Counted from the whole stretch's first letter, positions 1 to 9,759 are shown. The stretch is 60,554 nt of DNA, filler included, from 6 parts of 6 records of this genome joined end to end with filler, not necessarily neighbours in it; one strand, 5' to 3'. Translations and numbers: made by a program. Notes: a model not told the origin generated them from the sequence alone.

Positions 1-97
1 CGTCCACTGCAAGACCTGCGACATCAAGGATCCCAGCCAGAACATCACCTGGGTGACGCCGCAGGGCGGGGATGGTCCAAACTACCCCAATATGTGA
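1..97 (+). CDS. Electron transfer flavoprotein-ubiquinone oxidoreductase, C-terminal end (5' truncated)
   Basis: Frame from nt 2 reads [31 protein letters not shown], the 4Fe-4S tail of ETF-QO; nearly identical to the end of the ETF-QO at 14715. Confidence 0.93.
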   Translation, partial: VHCKTCDIKDPSQNITWVTPQGGDGPNYPNM

Positions 98-107
98 TAC
101 GAGGATC

Positions 108-134
108 GCGGCCCTTCGGGGCCGCTTTCCTTTT
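108..134 (+). terminator. Rho-independent terminator of ETF-QO
   Basis: GCGGCCC-TTCG-GGGCCGC stem-loop followed by TTTCCTTTT. Confidence 0.8.
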
Positions 135-152
135 CGGCGGGGCGCGTGCGGG

Positions 153-1175
153 ATGCTTACTATACCGATAGGTTGGTTGATTTCCGTTCTGGCGCTGATC
201 GCGGCGGCAGCGCTGCTACAGGCGAACGGATTGCCAAAACAGGCCCGCGCGGGGTTTCTGGGCTTTCTGTTGGCTTTGGCGTTGGTCGGTCTGTTGATCG
301 GCTTGCGGCTTCACTTTGGGTGGCCCGGCGCTGCCCGGGCACAGCCCTTTGTGGCCATCATGCTTGGGCCCACAGCCTATCTTGGGTTTCGCGCCCTAGT
401 GCAGGATGATGACGGATGGCGTGCATTGGCCCTGCACGGGGCCACGCTGATGCTGGCGATGGCGGCGATGCTGCTGCCTGTGCCCTTTGCCCCCGATGCG
501 GTGATCCTGGGCTACGCCTGCACCTACCTGGTCCTCATGGCGCGGTTCCTGCGCTATGACAGCGACCGGTTCGCCCATGTTCCTGCATCGTCGATGCCGC
601 TGGTACGGGCCGCGCTGATCGCAGTGGTGATGCTGCTTGGGCTGGCCATTCTGGCCGACGGGCTGATCACGCTTGCGGCGCTGACCATGGGCGACGCGCG
701 GGTGGCGCAGGTTCTGTCTGGCGCGTCGGGGGCCTTGGCGGCGTTCATCTTCCTGGCGCTTCTGGTTGCGCTTCCCCTGGTACTGAACAGCACCCGACCC
801 GTCGCAGCCACGGCATCAGACACCCTTGCCGCCACCGCCGGGGACCGGGCTCTGACTGGCCGGCTCGATTCCATGCTGGCCGACACCGGGCTTTACCGCG
901 ACAGCAACCTGACGCTGGCCCGGATCGCCCGCCGTCTTGGCCAACCGGCCCGGGATGTCTCGGGCGCAGTCAATCGCGTGACGGGGCAGAACGTGTCACG
1001 CCATATCAACGGCTTTCGAATCCGCCACGCGCAACAGCTGCTGGAAACCGGCGACCTGCCTGTGACCGAGGTGATGCTGGATTGCGGGTTTATCAGCAAA
1101 TCCAGCTTCAACGCCGAGTTCCGCAGGATCACCGGCACCACTCCCTCAGGCTACCGGGCGTCGCTGAGGGCCTGA
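153..1175 (+). CDS. Membrane-anchored AraC-family transcriptional regulator
   Basis: About 6-7 hydrophobic segments in the N-terminal 240 aa; C-terminal AraC HTH (LTLARIARRLG...INGFRIRHAQQLL...CGFISKSSFNAEFRRITGTTPSGYR); start moved to ATG 153, downstream of the terminator. Confidence 0.88.
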   Translation: MLTIPIGWLISVLALIAAAALLQANGLPKQARAGFLGFLLALALVGLLIGLRLHFGWPGAARAQPFVAIMLGPTAYLGFRALVQDDDGWRALALHGATLMLAMAAMLLPVPFAPDAVILGYACTYLVLMARFLRYDSDRFAHVPASSMPLVRAALIAVVMLLGLAILADGLITLAALTMGDARVAQVLSGASGALAAFIFLALLVALPLVLNSTRPVAATASDTLAATAGDRALTGRLDSMLADTGLYRDSNLTLARIARRLGQPARDVSGAVNRVTGQNVSRHINGFRIRHAQQLLETGDLPVTEVMLDCGFISKSSFNAEFRRITGTTPSGYRASLRA

Positions 1176-1693
1176 CCGTCCAGCCGGTCCAGCGGCCCGC
1201 AGCTTGCCGGGATTGCGCGCGGACCAACGATCTCGGCCCAGAAGTTCAGGCCGGGGTTCAGCACGAAACCAAAGCTGTCGTCGAGGCCCGAAAGAATGCG
1301 GATCTCGCCATCACTGCCGGCGCCAGAGCCAACCGCGAATCTGTCGCTGACGATATCCTGGCCGTTGACCATGGCCCGCACCAGGGCCGGGTCATGCAGG
1401 GCCAGCCGCACCGGGCCGGTCGGATGATCCGACCCGTCGCGACCACCGAAATCACCCGCGACAAAGCGCAGCGGAATGGTGATGCAGACCCCGTGTTCCA
1501 GCAGCCGCAACGTGGCTTGTCCCCGCCCCGCCATGCCGCGCAACTGCAACAGAGTACCGCTATGTACCTGCGCGATCTCGACCAGCCCCAGAACCGGGCG
1601 AGCCGTCGTTTCTGTCGCCACCAGCGGGCGCGGCACCGCCAGCCCGACCAGTATCGCCAGCGCCGTCAGGATGGGTTTCAGATCATATTTCAT
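1151..1693 (-). CDS. Hypothetical exported protein (180 aa)
   Basis: ATG 1693 preceded by GAAAGGA SD; signal-peptide-like MKYDLKPILTALAILVGLAVPRPLVA; no family recognised. Confidence 0.6.
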   Translation of the reverse strand: MKYDLKPILTALAILVGLAVPRPLVATETTARPVLGLVEIAQVHSGTLLQLRGMAGRGQATLRLLEHGVCITIPLRFVAGDFGGRDGSDHPTGPVRLALHDPALVRAMVNGQDIVSDRFAVGSGAGSDGEIRILSGLDDSFGFVLNPGLNFWAEIVGPRAIPASCGPLDRLDGQALSDAR

Positions 1694-1779
1694 TGGATTG
1701 TCCTTTCTTCGGATGGAGTGCCGCACATTCTTGGGCGGCCTGCCCCGGAAGATGCCCGCCCTGCCCCCCTGTTCGCGCC

Positions 1780-1823
1780 CGATATCGCGTTTCGGAACGT
1801 GCGACATCGCGATCCCGCACCTG
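1780..1823. promoter_or_regulatory. Imperfect 22-bp tandem direct repeat, candidate AraC-type operator
   Basis: CGATATCGCGTTTCGGAACGTG / CGACATCGCGATCCCGCACCTG, 16/22 identical, about 90-130 nt upstream of the exported-protein gene. Confidence 0.5.
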
Positions 1824-1948
1824 CTGCCCTGGCGTCGGCATCACTTCTGGTTCAGCGCGGCTGAAATCATCCCCAACGGCCCATACCCCGCATTGCGTCC
1901 GGGGGCGTGGGTGCCTAGTCTCTTATCAAGTTCGAGCAGGAGTTTTTG

Positions 1949-3643
1949 ATGCAAACCCTTTCCCGCCTGGCGCTGATCCTTGGCCTTGGCCTGTCTGCCC
2001 CCGTGATGGCCCAGACCACCGTTGCCATCGAGCCGGGGTTGGCCGGTGCCTATCTGGCTGCGCGCAGCGCCGCGCTGTCTGGCGACCACCGGGAAGCGGC
2101 AATTCAGTTTCAACGCGTTTTGCAAGCCGACCCCGACAATCAGGCGATCCTGGCCGACGCCATGCTGGCGCTTGCGGCGATCGGTGACTGGGAACAGGCG
2201 GCCAGCTACGCGATCCGTGTGCCGGAGGAATCGCTGGACCGGGATTTCGCCAATCTTATCGAACAGGTCACCCGGATTCGTGTCGGCGATCTGGCCGGGG
2301 CCAGTGCCGCCGCGATTGATATGAGCGGCGCGGGCCCTCTCATTGATCCGTTGCTGGAGGGATGGCTCTATCTGGCGGAGGGCGACATGAGCCGCGCCAG
2401 CACTGCGTTTGAAACGATGATTGATACCAACAGCCCGCTGGCCGGTCTGGTGCCCTACCAGCTGGCCCTGGCCCGCGCGTCTGTGGGTGATTTCGAAAGC
2501 GCCGAGGCGATCTTCTCGGGCGAGGTCTATGGCCCCCTTCAGGTCAGCACGCGCGGCGTTCAGGCCCATACTCAGATTCTCGTGCAACTGGATCGTGCTG
2601 ACGATGCGCTTGACCTTCTTGCGCTTGCGCTTAGCCAGAACGCGGATGAAACCCTGTTTGTCCTGCGCGACGAGATCGAGGCCGACCCCACCCGTCCCTA
2701 TGATTTCATCATCACCCCCGAAGAGGGCATGGCCGAGGTGTTCTTCTCGCTTGCCCGTGCCCTTGGCACCGATGCCGGAACCACGCTGCCCCTGATCTAC
2801 GCACGTGCGGCCCATGCCGTCGATCCAGGGCATGTCCACTCGGTCATTCTTGCGGCTGATATCCTGTCGGACGCGGAACAATACGAGATGGCCGAGGACA
2901 CCTATGAACTGGTCCCGCGCGAAAGTCCGCTGTTCGTTCAGGCTGAGATGGGCCGGTCAGAGGCGCTGTTTCAGCAAGGTCGCGAAGATGCCGCCATCGA
3001 GGTTCTGCACGCTTTGGCGCGTGACTATGGCAATCTGGCCGCTGTCCACACCGCGCTTGGTGATGCCCTGCGCCGCGAGGAACGGTTCGAAGAAGCCATC
3101 GAGGCCTATAGCGACGCCGTCGATCTGGTAGAGCTTGACCAGCAGCGCTATTGGTTCCTGCTTTATGCCCGCGCCATCAGCTATGAACGCACCGGCCTTT
3201 GGGATGAGGCCGAGGCCGATTTCCGCGCCGCACTGGAACTGTCGCCAGAGCAGCCGAATGTTCTGAACTATCTCGGCTATTCTCTGGTCGAACAGAACCG
3301 CAACCTGGATGAAGCGTTGAACATGATTGAACGGGCCGTCGCGGCGCGACCCGACAGCGGTTATATCGTCGACTCGCTCGGTTGGGTCTTCTACCGCCTT
3401 GGCCGCTTTGAGGAAGCCGTAGCCCCGATGGAGCGCGCGGTAGAGCTGCTGCCGAATGATCCGATCGTCAATGACCACCTGGGCGATGTCTACTGGATGG
3501 TGGGCCGATTCCGCGAGGCCGAATTCCAGTGGAGCCGCGCCCTGTCCTTCGACCCCGAGCCGGAAGAGGCCGACCGCATCCGGCTGAAACTGGATCTGGG
3601 ACTGGACGCCGTTCTGGCACGAGAGGCCGAGATCAACCCGTGA
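1949..3643 (+). CDS. Exported tetratricopeptide-repeat protein
   Basis: Signal peptide, multiple TPR motifs, C-terminal LNYLGYSL...[11 protein letters not shown]...NDHLGDVYW typical of the TPR gene upstream of ispE. Confidence 0.9.
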   Translation: MQTLSRLALILGLGLSAPVMAQTTVAIEPGLAGAYLAARSAALSGDHREAAIQFQRVLQADPDNQAILADAMLALAAIGDWEQAASYAIRVPEESLDRDFANLIEQVTRIRVGDLAGASAAAIDMSGAGPLIDPLLEGWLYLAEGDMSRASTAFETMIDTNSPLAGLVPYQLALARASVGDFESAEAIFSGEVYGPLQVSTRGVQAHTQILVQLDRADDALDLLALALSQNADETLFVLRDEIEADPTRPYDFIITPEEGMAEVFFSLARALGTDAGTTLPLIYARAAHAVDPGHVHSVILAADILSDAEQYEMAEDTYELVPRESPLFVQAEMGRSEALFQQGREDAAIEVLHALARDYGNLAAVHTALGDALRREERFEEAIEAYSDAVDLVELDQQRYWFLLYARAISYERTGLWDEAEADFRAALELSPEQPNVLNYLGYSLVEQNRNLDEALNMIERAVAARPDSGYIVDSLGWVFYRLGRFEEAVAPMERAVELLPNDPIVNDHLGDVYWMVGRFREAEFQWSRALSFDPEPEEADRIRLKLDLGLDAVLAREAEINP

Positions 3644-4470
3644 TCCGCGAAAGCGCGCCTGCGAAGATCAATCTTGCGCTGCATGTGACGGGTCAGCGGG
3701 CGGACGGCTATCATCTGCTGGAATCGCTCGTGGTCTTTGCGAGGGTCGGCGACCGGCTGAGCTTTGTGCCCGCCACGGACATGACACTATCGGTTACCGG
3801 ACCACTTGCGGACGGGGTTCCCACCGGGTCCGACAACCTGATCTTGCGGGCAGCGTCGGCGTTCGGCACCGGGGCCGGGGCGGCGATCACCCTGGAAAAA
3901 CACCTGCCGCACGCTGCTGGACTCGGCGGGGGATCGGCGGACGCTGCCGCCGCCTTGCGCGGACTGGCGCGGCTTTGGGACTGCGATCTGCCGGATATGG
4001 ATTCGGTTCTGTCCCTCGGGGCCGATGTGCCGGTCTGCCTGTCATCCGTGCCGCAAAGAATGGCTGGGATCGGAGAAGAGCTGTCGCCCGTGCCGACGTT
4101 GCCGCCGCTCTTTGCGGTTCTCGTGAACCCGCGTGTTGCGGTTCCGACCGGGCCGGTCTTTCGCGGCCTTGCCAGCAAACAGAACCCCGCCCTGGACCCG
4201 CCCCACTGGAACAGTTTCGAAAGCTTCATCGCGTGGCTGTCCCGGCAACGAAATGACCTGGAGCCCCCGGCGACAACGCTCGCGCCAAAGATCGCACTGG
4301 CGTTGCAATCTCTGCGCACCGCAGGCGCGGCCATTGCGCGAATGAGCGGATCCGGCGCCACCTGTTTCGGACTCTATGAAACCGCTGCGCAGGCCGCCGA
4401 CGCAGCAGGCCAGATCGCCAACGCCGAGCCTGAATGGTGGGTTCGGGACACAGAAATCCAGACGGTTTAA
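3640..4470 (+). CDS. ispE: 4-(cytidine 5'-diphospho)-2-C-methyl-D-erythritol kinase
   Basis: [43 protein letters not shown] start overlaps the TPR stop (GTGA). Confidence 0.95.
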   Translation: MIRESAPAKINLALHVTGQRADGYHLLESLVVFARVGDRLSFVPATDMTLSVTGPLADGVPTGSDNLILRAASAFGTGAGAAITLEKHLPHAAGLGGGSADAAAALRGLARLWDCDLPDMDSVLSLGADVPVCLSSVPQRMAGIGEELSPVPTLPPLFAVLVNPRVAVPTGPVFRGLASKQNPALDPPHWNSFESFIAWLSRQRNDLEPPATTLAPKIALALQSLRTAGAAIARMSGSGATCFGLYETAAQAADAAGQIANAEPEWWVRDTEIQTV

Positions 4471-4476
4471 CGCGGC

Positions 4477-5478
4477 CTAACTGACCCGCTCGACCACGAA
4501 ATCCGCCAGATCCGCCAGCATGTCCCGCAAGGGATGAGCAGGCAATTCCCCAATCGCAGCCTTCGCCTTGTCGCGGTATCTCAACGCTTCGATCCGCGTA
4601 TCCTCCAGCGTGTCATGCTTACGCAGCAACGACAGGGCTGTATCCAGATCACCCTCTTCCTGACGGCCTTTTTCAATGGTCCGCTTCCAGAAGGCGCGTT
4701 CTTCGTCATCCGCCTTGGCAATCGCCTTGATCATCGGCAGGGTCAGTTTCCGTTCGCGGAAGTCATCCCCGATATTCTTGCCAAGCGCTCCGGACGTACC
4801 GCCAAAATCAAGCAGGTCATCGACGATCTGAAAGCTCATCCCAAGCGCATCGCCATAGCGTGCCAGCGCCGAAACCTGCGCGTCGGATGCCCCCGCCACG
4901 ACGCCGCCGACCTCGGTCGCGGCCTCGAACAGCGCCGCCGTCTTGCCCCTGATCACCAGACGATAGGTATCCTCACCTGTCGCAAGGTTCTGCGCGGCGG
5001 TCATTTGCAGAACTTCACCTTCGGCAATCGTAGCGGATGCGTTTGCCAGAATGTCCAGCACCCGCAACGACCCGCATTCCACCATCAACTGGAAGGACCG
5101 CGAAAACAGGTAATCCCCCACCAGAACCGACGATTTATTGTCCCACAGCAGGTTCGCCGTGGGCCGCCCGCGCCGCTGCTCGCTTTCATCGACCACATCG
5201 TCATGCAAGAGCGTGGCGGTGTGGATGAATTCGACCGTCGCGGCCAGCTTCTGGTGATCGGTGCCGTCATAGCCACACAACCGCGCCGCAGCTAGCGTCA
5301 TCAGGGGCCGGATACGCTTGCCACCCGCTTCGACCAGATGCTGTGTAACCTCGGGGATACGCGGGGCGTGGTCCGACGCCATCCGAGTTCGGATCAGGGC
5401 GTTCACCGCTGCCATATCCTCGGCCAGATAGTCGCGCAAACGGTCATGCGGCTTGGTGGCAGCTTCTGCGAGGGTCAT
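4477..5478 (-). CDS. ispB: Polyprenyl (octa/decaprenyl) diphosphate synthase
   Basis: GGKRIRP, LLHDDVVD..RRG, FQIVDDLLD aspartate-rich motifs. Confidence 0.93.
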   Translation of the reverse strand: MTLAEAATKPHDRLRDYLAEDMAAVNALIRTRMASDHAPRIPEVTQHLVEAGGKRIRPLMTLAAARLCGYDGTDHQKLAATVEFIHTATLLHDDVVDESEQRRGRPTANLLWDNKSSVLVGDYLFSRSFQLMVECGSLRVLDILANASATIAEGEVLQMTAAQNLATGEDTYRLVIRGKTAALFEAATEVGGVVAGASDAQVSALARYGDALGMSFQIVDDLLDFGGTSGALGKNIGDDFRERKLTLPMIKAIAKADDEERAFWKRTIEKGRQEEGDLDTALSLLRKHDTLEDTRIEALRYRDKAKAAIGELPAHPLRDMLADLADFVVERVS

Positions 5479-5532
5479 CCGGCGGTCTTCCTTCTCTCGA
5501 CATTGGGGCGTCGTAGGCTTATCTGCCCTACC

Positions 5533-5751
5533 ATGAAAGAACTTCTGCGCAGTACCGATCCGACCGTCATCGCCTTCGCCTCGGCACTTCTGTCGGGCGA
5601 GGATATAGAGGTGTTCGTAATGGACGTCCATATGAGCGTGCTGGAAGGGTCCATCGGCGTATTGCCGCGCCGGATGATGGTGCTCGACGATGACCTGATC
5701 GCCGCCGAGCGCGTTTTGCGTGACAATGACATCCCGACCGGGCGGGACTGA
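5533..5751 (+). CDS. DUF2007-family small protein (72 aa)
   Basis: MKELLRSTDPTVIAFASALLSGEDI...MSVLEGSIGVLPRRMMV; homologue at 10398-10613. Confidence 0.85.
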   Translation: MKELLRSTDPTVIAFASALLSGEDIEVFVMDVHMSVLEGSIGVLPRRMMVLDDDLIAAERVLRDNDIPTGRD

Positions 5752-6504
5752 ATGGGGTTCGCCGAGGCGGATCTGACCCATGACGCCTTTCTTGGCGGGC
5801 GCGTCCATGCATTCCAACCCCGCCACGGTTATCGCGCCGCGACCGATCCCGTTCTGCTGGCCGCAGCGGTCGAAGCGTCGCCGGGGCAGTCAGTGCTGGA
5901 ACTGGGATGCGGGGCGGGCGTCGCGTCGCTTTGCCTGTCCGCCCGCGTTCCTGACCTGCGATTGACCGGGATAGAGCGGCAGGCCGATTATGCCGATCTG
6001 GCCCGCCGCAACCTTGGCCCCGAGGCACGCGTTTTCATTGCAGATCTGACCGTATTGCCAGCCGATCTGCGGCAGGACAGGTTCGATCATGTCATGGCCA
6101 ACCCGCCTTACTACCCGGCAGGCGGTGGCACCTCGGCCCACGATGCCGGGCGCGAGGCGGCGCTCAGGGAAGAAACCCCCCTGGAGCATTGGGTTGAGGT
6201 CGCGGCCCGGAGGCTTGCCCCCAAAGGCTGGCTGACGATGATCCAGGCCGCCGACCGGCTGCCAGATCTGATGGCTGCGATCGTCCCCCGCCTCGGGTCG
6301 ATTTCCCTGCGACCTCTGGCATCTCGAGATGGCCGTGCTGCTGGCAGGGTGATCCTGAAGGCCCGCAAAGGCGGTCGCGCGCCATTTACGCTGCTTTCCC
6401 CGGTGGTCTTGCACGAGGGCCCGCAACATCGCGGCGACAGAGACGATTTCAGCCCACTCGCCCGCGCGATTCTGCGCGACGCGGCCCCCCTGTCCTGGAC
6501 CTGA
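5752..6504 (+). CDS. tRNA1(Val) adenine-37 N6-methyltransferase-like (TrmN/YfiC family) SAM methyltransferase
   Basis: QPRHGYRAATDPVLLAA, VLELGCGAG, NPPY motifs. Confidence 0.85.
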   Translation: MGFAEADLTHDAFLGGRVHAFQPRHGYRAATDPVLLAAAVEASPGQSVLELGCGAGVASLCLSARVPDLRLTGIERQADYADLARRNLGPEARVFIADLTVLPADLRQDRFDHVMANPPYYPAGGGTSAHDAGREAALREETPLEHWVEVAARRLAPKGWLTMIQAADRLPDLMAAIVPRLGSISLRPLASRDGRAAGRVILKARKGGRAPFTLLSPVVLHEGPQHRGDRDDFSPLARAILRDAAPLSWT

Positions 6505-6617
6505 TCGGCGGGTCACCGCGGGTTTCCGACAATTTCAAGCAAGCTATGCGTGACACGACTCACGTCCTGTGGTTGGCTTGTCATGCTAGTGTTACACATC
6601 AGAGAGGAGAACATTGA

Positions 6618-6782
6618 ATGTCGGTAGGCGCTCATCTTCAGGAACTCAGGAAGAAACACGAAACCCTCTCGCGCAAGGTTGAAGAATATCAACGAAGCCC
6701 CGGCACAAGTGACATCGACATCCAGGAGTTGAAGAAGCAGAAACTTCGCCTCAAGGAAGAAATCTCTCGGCTGGACGCCTGA
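6618..6782 (+). CDS. YdcH/DUF465-family small coiled-coil protein (54 aa, not in ORF track)
   Basis: GAGGAG SD; MSVGAHLQELRKKHETLSRKVEEYQRSPGTSDIDIQELKKQKLRLKEEISRLDA. Confidence 0.85.
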   Translation: MSVGAHLQELRKKHETLSRKVEEYQRSPGTSDIDIQELKKQKLRLKEEISRLDA

Positions 6783-6815
6783 TCCAACCGGACAGACGAT
6801 AGCGGATGTGCGGCC

Positions 6816-7763
6816 TCAGCCCGGCACATCCGCCGCCCGAACGAAAACCCGCCCGTCCCGGTAGCGGCCGAGTGTTTTCGTTTCCTGCAGAATCCAATTC
6901 AGGATTGCGCTGATCTGTGGGCGCGTTTCCATGCCCTTTGGGCAGACGAAACGGTAATGCGCGTCTGTCGTCAGGGCGACCGGGAACGGCGCAACCAACC
7001 GCCCGGCACACAGGTCCATTTCCGTAAGCGAAATCCGCCCCAGCACGACACCAGCCCCTGCAACCGCCGCGTCTATCGCATGATCCGCCTGCGAGAACCG
7101 GGCGCCGCCGGGTGCAGGCTCGCGCAGGCCCGCGGCACGGAACCACGCTGGCCAGCCGATGGAATCATTGAGAAAGCGCGTGTCTTCCTGATGCAGCAGC
7201 GGCGCGGATAGCAGATCTTCCGGCGTCGGGTAACGCGCCGCCATCTGCGGGGTCATCATCGGTGTCAGCCATTCGTCATGAACACGCTGAGAAAAAAGGT
7301 CTGGCGTAGCGTCCCCCAGACCGAAGCGTATGGCTGCATCAACATCATCCCGATTGAAATCCAGAACCCGCAGGGTCGCGGAGAACCTCAGATCAACGTC
7401 CGGGTGGGCTTGCGCAAACCGGAACAGACGAGGGGCCAACCACTTCGCGGTGAACGCGGGGCCCGCGGTAATCGTCAGGCTGGACTGGTCATTCACCCGC
7501 TGCGCCGCCCGCCACGCCGTCCGCAAAGTCGCAAAACCCTCTTCCGCGCCGGGGGCCAGTTGGCGGCCTGCTTCTGTCAGTTCCACGGCCCGGTTGAGGC
7601 GCCGGAACAGCGGTGCACCCAGATGTTCCTCCAGCGATTTGATCTGAAAACTCAGCGCGGCCGGGGTGACGTTCAATTCGTCCGCCGCCTTGGCAAAACT
7701 CAAGTGGCGGGCGGCGGCATCAAAGGCGCGCAGGGCAGTGAGGGGGGGAAGACGGTCGACCAT
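6816..7763 (-). CDS. gcvA: LysR-family regulator, GcvA-like
   Basis: RLPPLTALRAFDAAARHLSFAKAADELNVTPAALSFQIKSLEE HTH; GcvA-type substrate domain. Confidence 0.8.
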   Translation of the reverse strand: MVDRLPPLTALRAFDAAARHLSFAKAADELNVTPAALSFQIKSLEEHLGAPLFRRLNRAVELTEAGRQLAPGAEEGFATLRTAWRAAQRVNDQSSLTITAGPAFTAKWLAPRLFRFAQAHPDVDLRFSATLRVLDFNRDDVDAAIRFGLGDATPDLFSQRVHDEWLTPMMTPQMAARYPTPEDLLSAPLLHQEDTRFLNDSIGWPAWFRAAGLREPAPGGARFSQADHAIDAAVAGAGVVLGRISLTEMDLCAGRLVAPFPVALTTDAHYRFVCPKGMETRPQISAILNWILQETKTLGRYRDGRVFVRAADVPG

Positions 7764-7766
7764 ATC

Positions 7767-7787
7767 CAGTTAAGTATTTCTTATCTG
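7767..7787. promoter_or_regulatory. LysR T-N11-A operator
   Basis: CAGtTAAG-tattt-CTTAtCTG dyad directly next to the LysR start codon. Confidence 0.65.
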
Positions 7788-7873
7788 AAGCTTCGTAAAG
7801 TCTCGTTTGTGCCTTTAAATTTTTGGAACCATATTCGCTTCAGTTCACAAATTCTTTCGCAAAGGCGTATCAG

Positions 7874-8041
7874 ATGTTTGAAGCAACCACCCAACCCGAG
7901 ATCCGCAATGCAATCGACGCAGCCCATAACGCGCGTGGTGCAGCATTCCGCAGCATCCTTTCGGCCCTGTTTGGGCATGGCCACAAAAAAGGCCCCTGCC
8001 CCGAAGGGCAAGGGCCTGCAATGCAAGGCTGCGGCGTTTAG
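7874..8041 (+). CDS. Small hypothetical protein (55 aa) divergent from the LysR
   Basis: MFEATTQPEIRNAIDAAHNARGAAFRSILSALF..., AAAGG upstream; typical position of a LysR target. Confidence 0.55.
   Translation: MFEATTQPEIRNAIDAAHNARGAAFRSILSALFGHGHKKGPCPEGQGPAMQGCGV
7985..8017 (-). terminator. Terminator of phaB
   Basis: Minus strand AGGCCCTTGCCC-TTCG-GGGCAGGGGCC-TTTTTT. Confidence 0.8.
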
Positions 8042-8763
8042 CTGAAGAACTGTGCGCCGTTGGCCGAGATGGTCGAACCGTTGATGAAGCTCGCGTCGTC
8101 GGAGGCAAGGAACACCACGCAGCGTGCAATCTCTTCCGGTTCGCCAAGGCGACCGGCGGGGATCTGCGGGATGATGTTCTTGTTCAGAACTTCCTCGGGG
8201 ATCGCGCGCACCATTTCGGTGCCGATATAGCCGGGGCAAACCGCGTTCGCGGTGATGCCAGCCCGCGCGCCTTCCTGCGCCAGCGACCGCACGATGCCGA
8301 TATCCCCGGCCTTGGTCGCGGCGTAGTTGACCTGACCGGCCTGGCCCTTCTGACCATTGACCGAGCTGATGACGATGACGCGGCCGAACTTGCGTTCGCG
8401 CATGCCGGGCCAGACCGGGCGCACGGTGTTGAACACACCGGTCAGGTTGGTGGCAACGACCTTGTTCCACTGTTCAGGCGTCATCTTGTGGAAGAAGCCA
8501 TCCCAGGTGATACCCGCATTTGCGACGACGACATCCACAGGGCCAAGGTCAGCCTCGACCTGTGCAATGCCAGCAGCGGACGAGTCGTAGTCGGCGACGT
8601 CCCATTTGTAGGTTTTGATGCCGGTTTCGGCGGTGAAGGCGGCTGCCTTTTCATCATTGCCGGCATAGGTGGCGGCGACGTCATAGCCTTCGGCTTTGAG
8701 TGCTTTGGAAATGGCTTCGCCGATACCGCGCGTACCGCCGGTGACGAGTGCAACTTTTGCCAT
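8038..8763 (-). CDS. phaB: Acetoacetyl-CoA reductase
   Basis: TGGTRGIG, NAGIT, SSVNGQKGQAGQVNYAATK; downstream of a thiolase. Confidence 0.93.
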   Translation of the reverse strand: MAKVALVTGGTRGIGEAISKALKAEGYDVAATYAGNDEKAAAFTAETGIKTYKWDVADYDSSAAGIAQVEADLGPVDVVVANAGITWDGFFHKMTPEQWNKVVATNLTGVFNTVRPVWPGMRERKFGRVIVISSVNGQKGQAGQVNYAATKAGDIGIVRSLAQEGARAGITANAVCPGYIGTEMVRAIPEEVLNKNIIPQIPAGRLGEPEEIARCVVFLASDDASFINGSTISANGAQFFS

Positions 8764-8870
8764 GGGTTTCCTCCAGTCTGGATCTATGGGTTGGTAACTC
8801 TGTTACCCGTGCGACGCCGGGTGCGCAACATTGTTTCGTTGCTTATATTGTCGCGCGGGGAAGCTCCCTG

Positions 8871-8897
8871 AAAAAAAGGGCGCCGGTTCCGGCGCCC
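8871..8897 (-). terminator. Terminator between phaA and phaB
   Basis: GGGCGCCG stem with a 7-U tract on the minus strand. Confidence 0.7.
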
Positions 8898-8926
8898 CTG
8901 ATGTGATGCTGTCAACGCAGGGGCGA

Positions 8927-9659
8927 TTACGGGCGCTCGACGCAAAGTGCCACGCCCATGCCGCCACCGATGCAAAGCGTCGCGAGACCCTTCTTGGCAT
9001 TGCGGCGCTGCATTTCGAACAGAAGGGTGTTCAGGACGCGGGCGCCGGAGGCCCCAATCGGGTGACCGATGGCAATGGCGCCACCGTTCACGTTGACGAT
9101 GGCCGGATCCCAGCCCATGTCCTTGTTTACGGCACAGGCCTGAGCTGCGAAGGCCTCGTTGGCCTCCACAAGATCAAGATCCTCGACCTTCCAGCCCGCC
9201 TTGTCGAGCGCCTTGCGGCTCGCGTAGATCGGGCCGACGCCCATGATCGACGGGTCAAGCCCGGCAGTCGCATAGGAGGCAATGCGGGCCAGCGGTTCGA
9301 TCCCGCGCTTTTCAGCTTCATCAGCGGACATCAGCAGGGCACCGGCGGCACCGTCGTTCAAACCAGATGCGTTGGCCGCGGTAACCGATCCGTCCTTGGT
9401 GAAGGCTGGACGCAGTTTCTGCATCGCATCCATCGTGGCGCCATGGCGAATGTATTCATCGGCATCGACGATAATGTCACCCTTGCGGGTCTTGATCGTT
9501 ACCGGGGTGATTTCATCAGCGAAACGGCCAGCTTTCTGGGCGGCTTCGGCCTTGTTCTGCGAGGCGACAGCGAATTCATCCTGCATCTCGCGGCTGATCT
9601 GCCACTGCTCGGCCACGTTCTCTGCCGTCTGGCCCATGTGGTAGCCGTTGAACGCATCC
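8927..9659 (-). CDS. phaA: Acetyl-CoA C-acetyltransferase (thiolase), 5' truncated
   Basis: [22 protein letters not shown] thiolase motifs. Confidence 0.93.
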
Positions 9660-9759
9660 NNNNNNNNNNNNNNNNNNNNNNNNNNNNNNNNNNNNNNNNN
9701 NNNTTAATTAATTAANNNNNNNNNNNNNNNNNNNNNNNNNNNNNNNNNNNNNNNNNNNN
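9660..9759. other. Artificial contig spacer
   Basis: 44 N + TTAATTAATTAA (stop in all six frames) + 44 N. Confidence 0.98.

Noticed and set aside
9660..9759. TTAATTAATTAA recurring five times as a biological repeat or CRISPR-like element
   Set aside because: Always centred in fixed N-runs with stops in all six frames; an assembly linker
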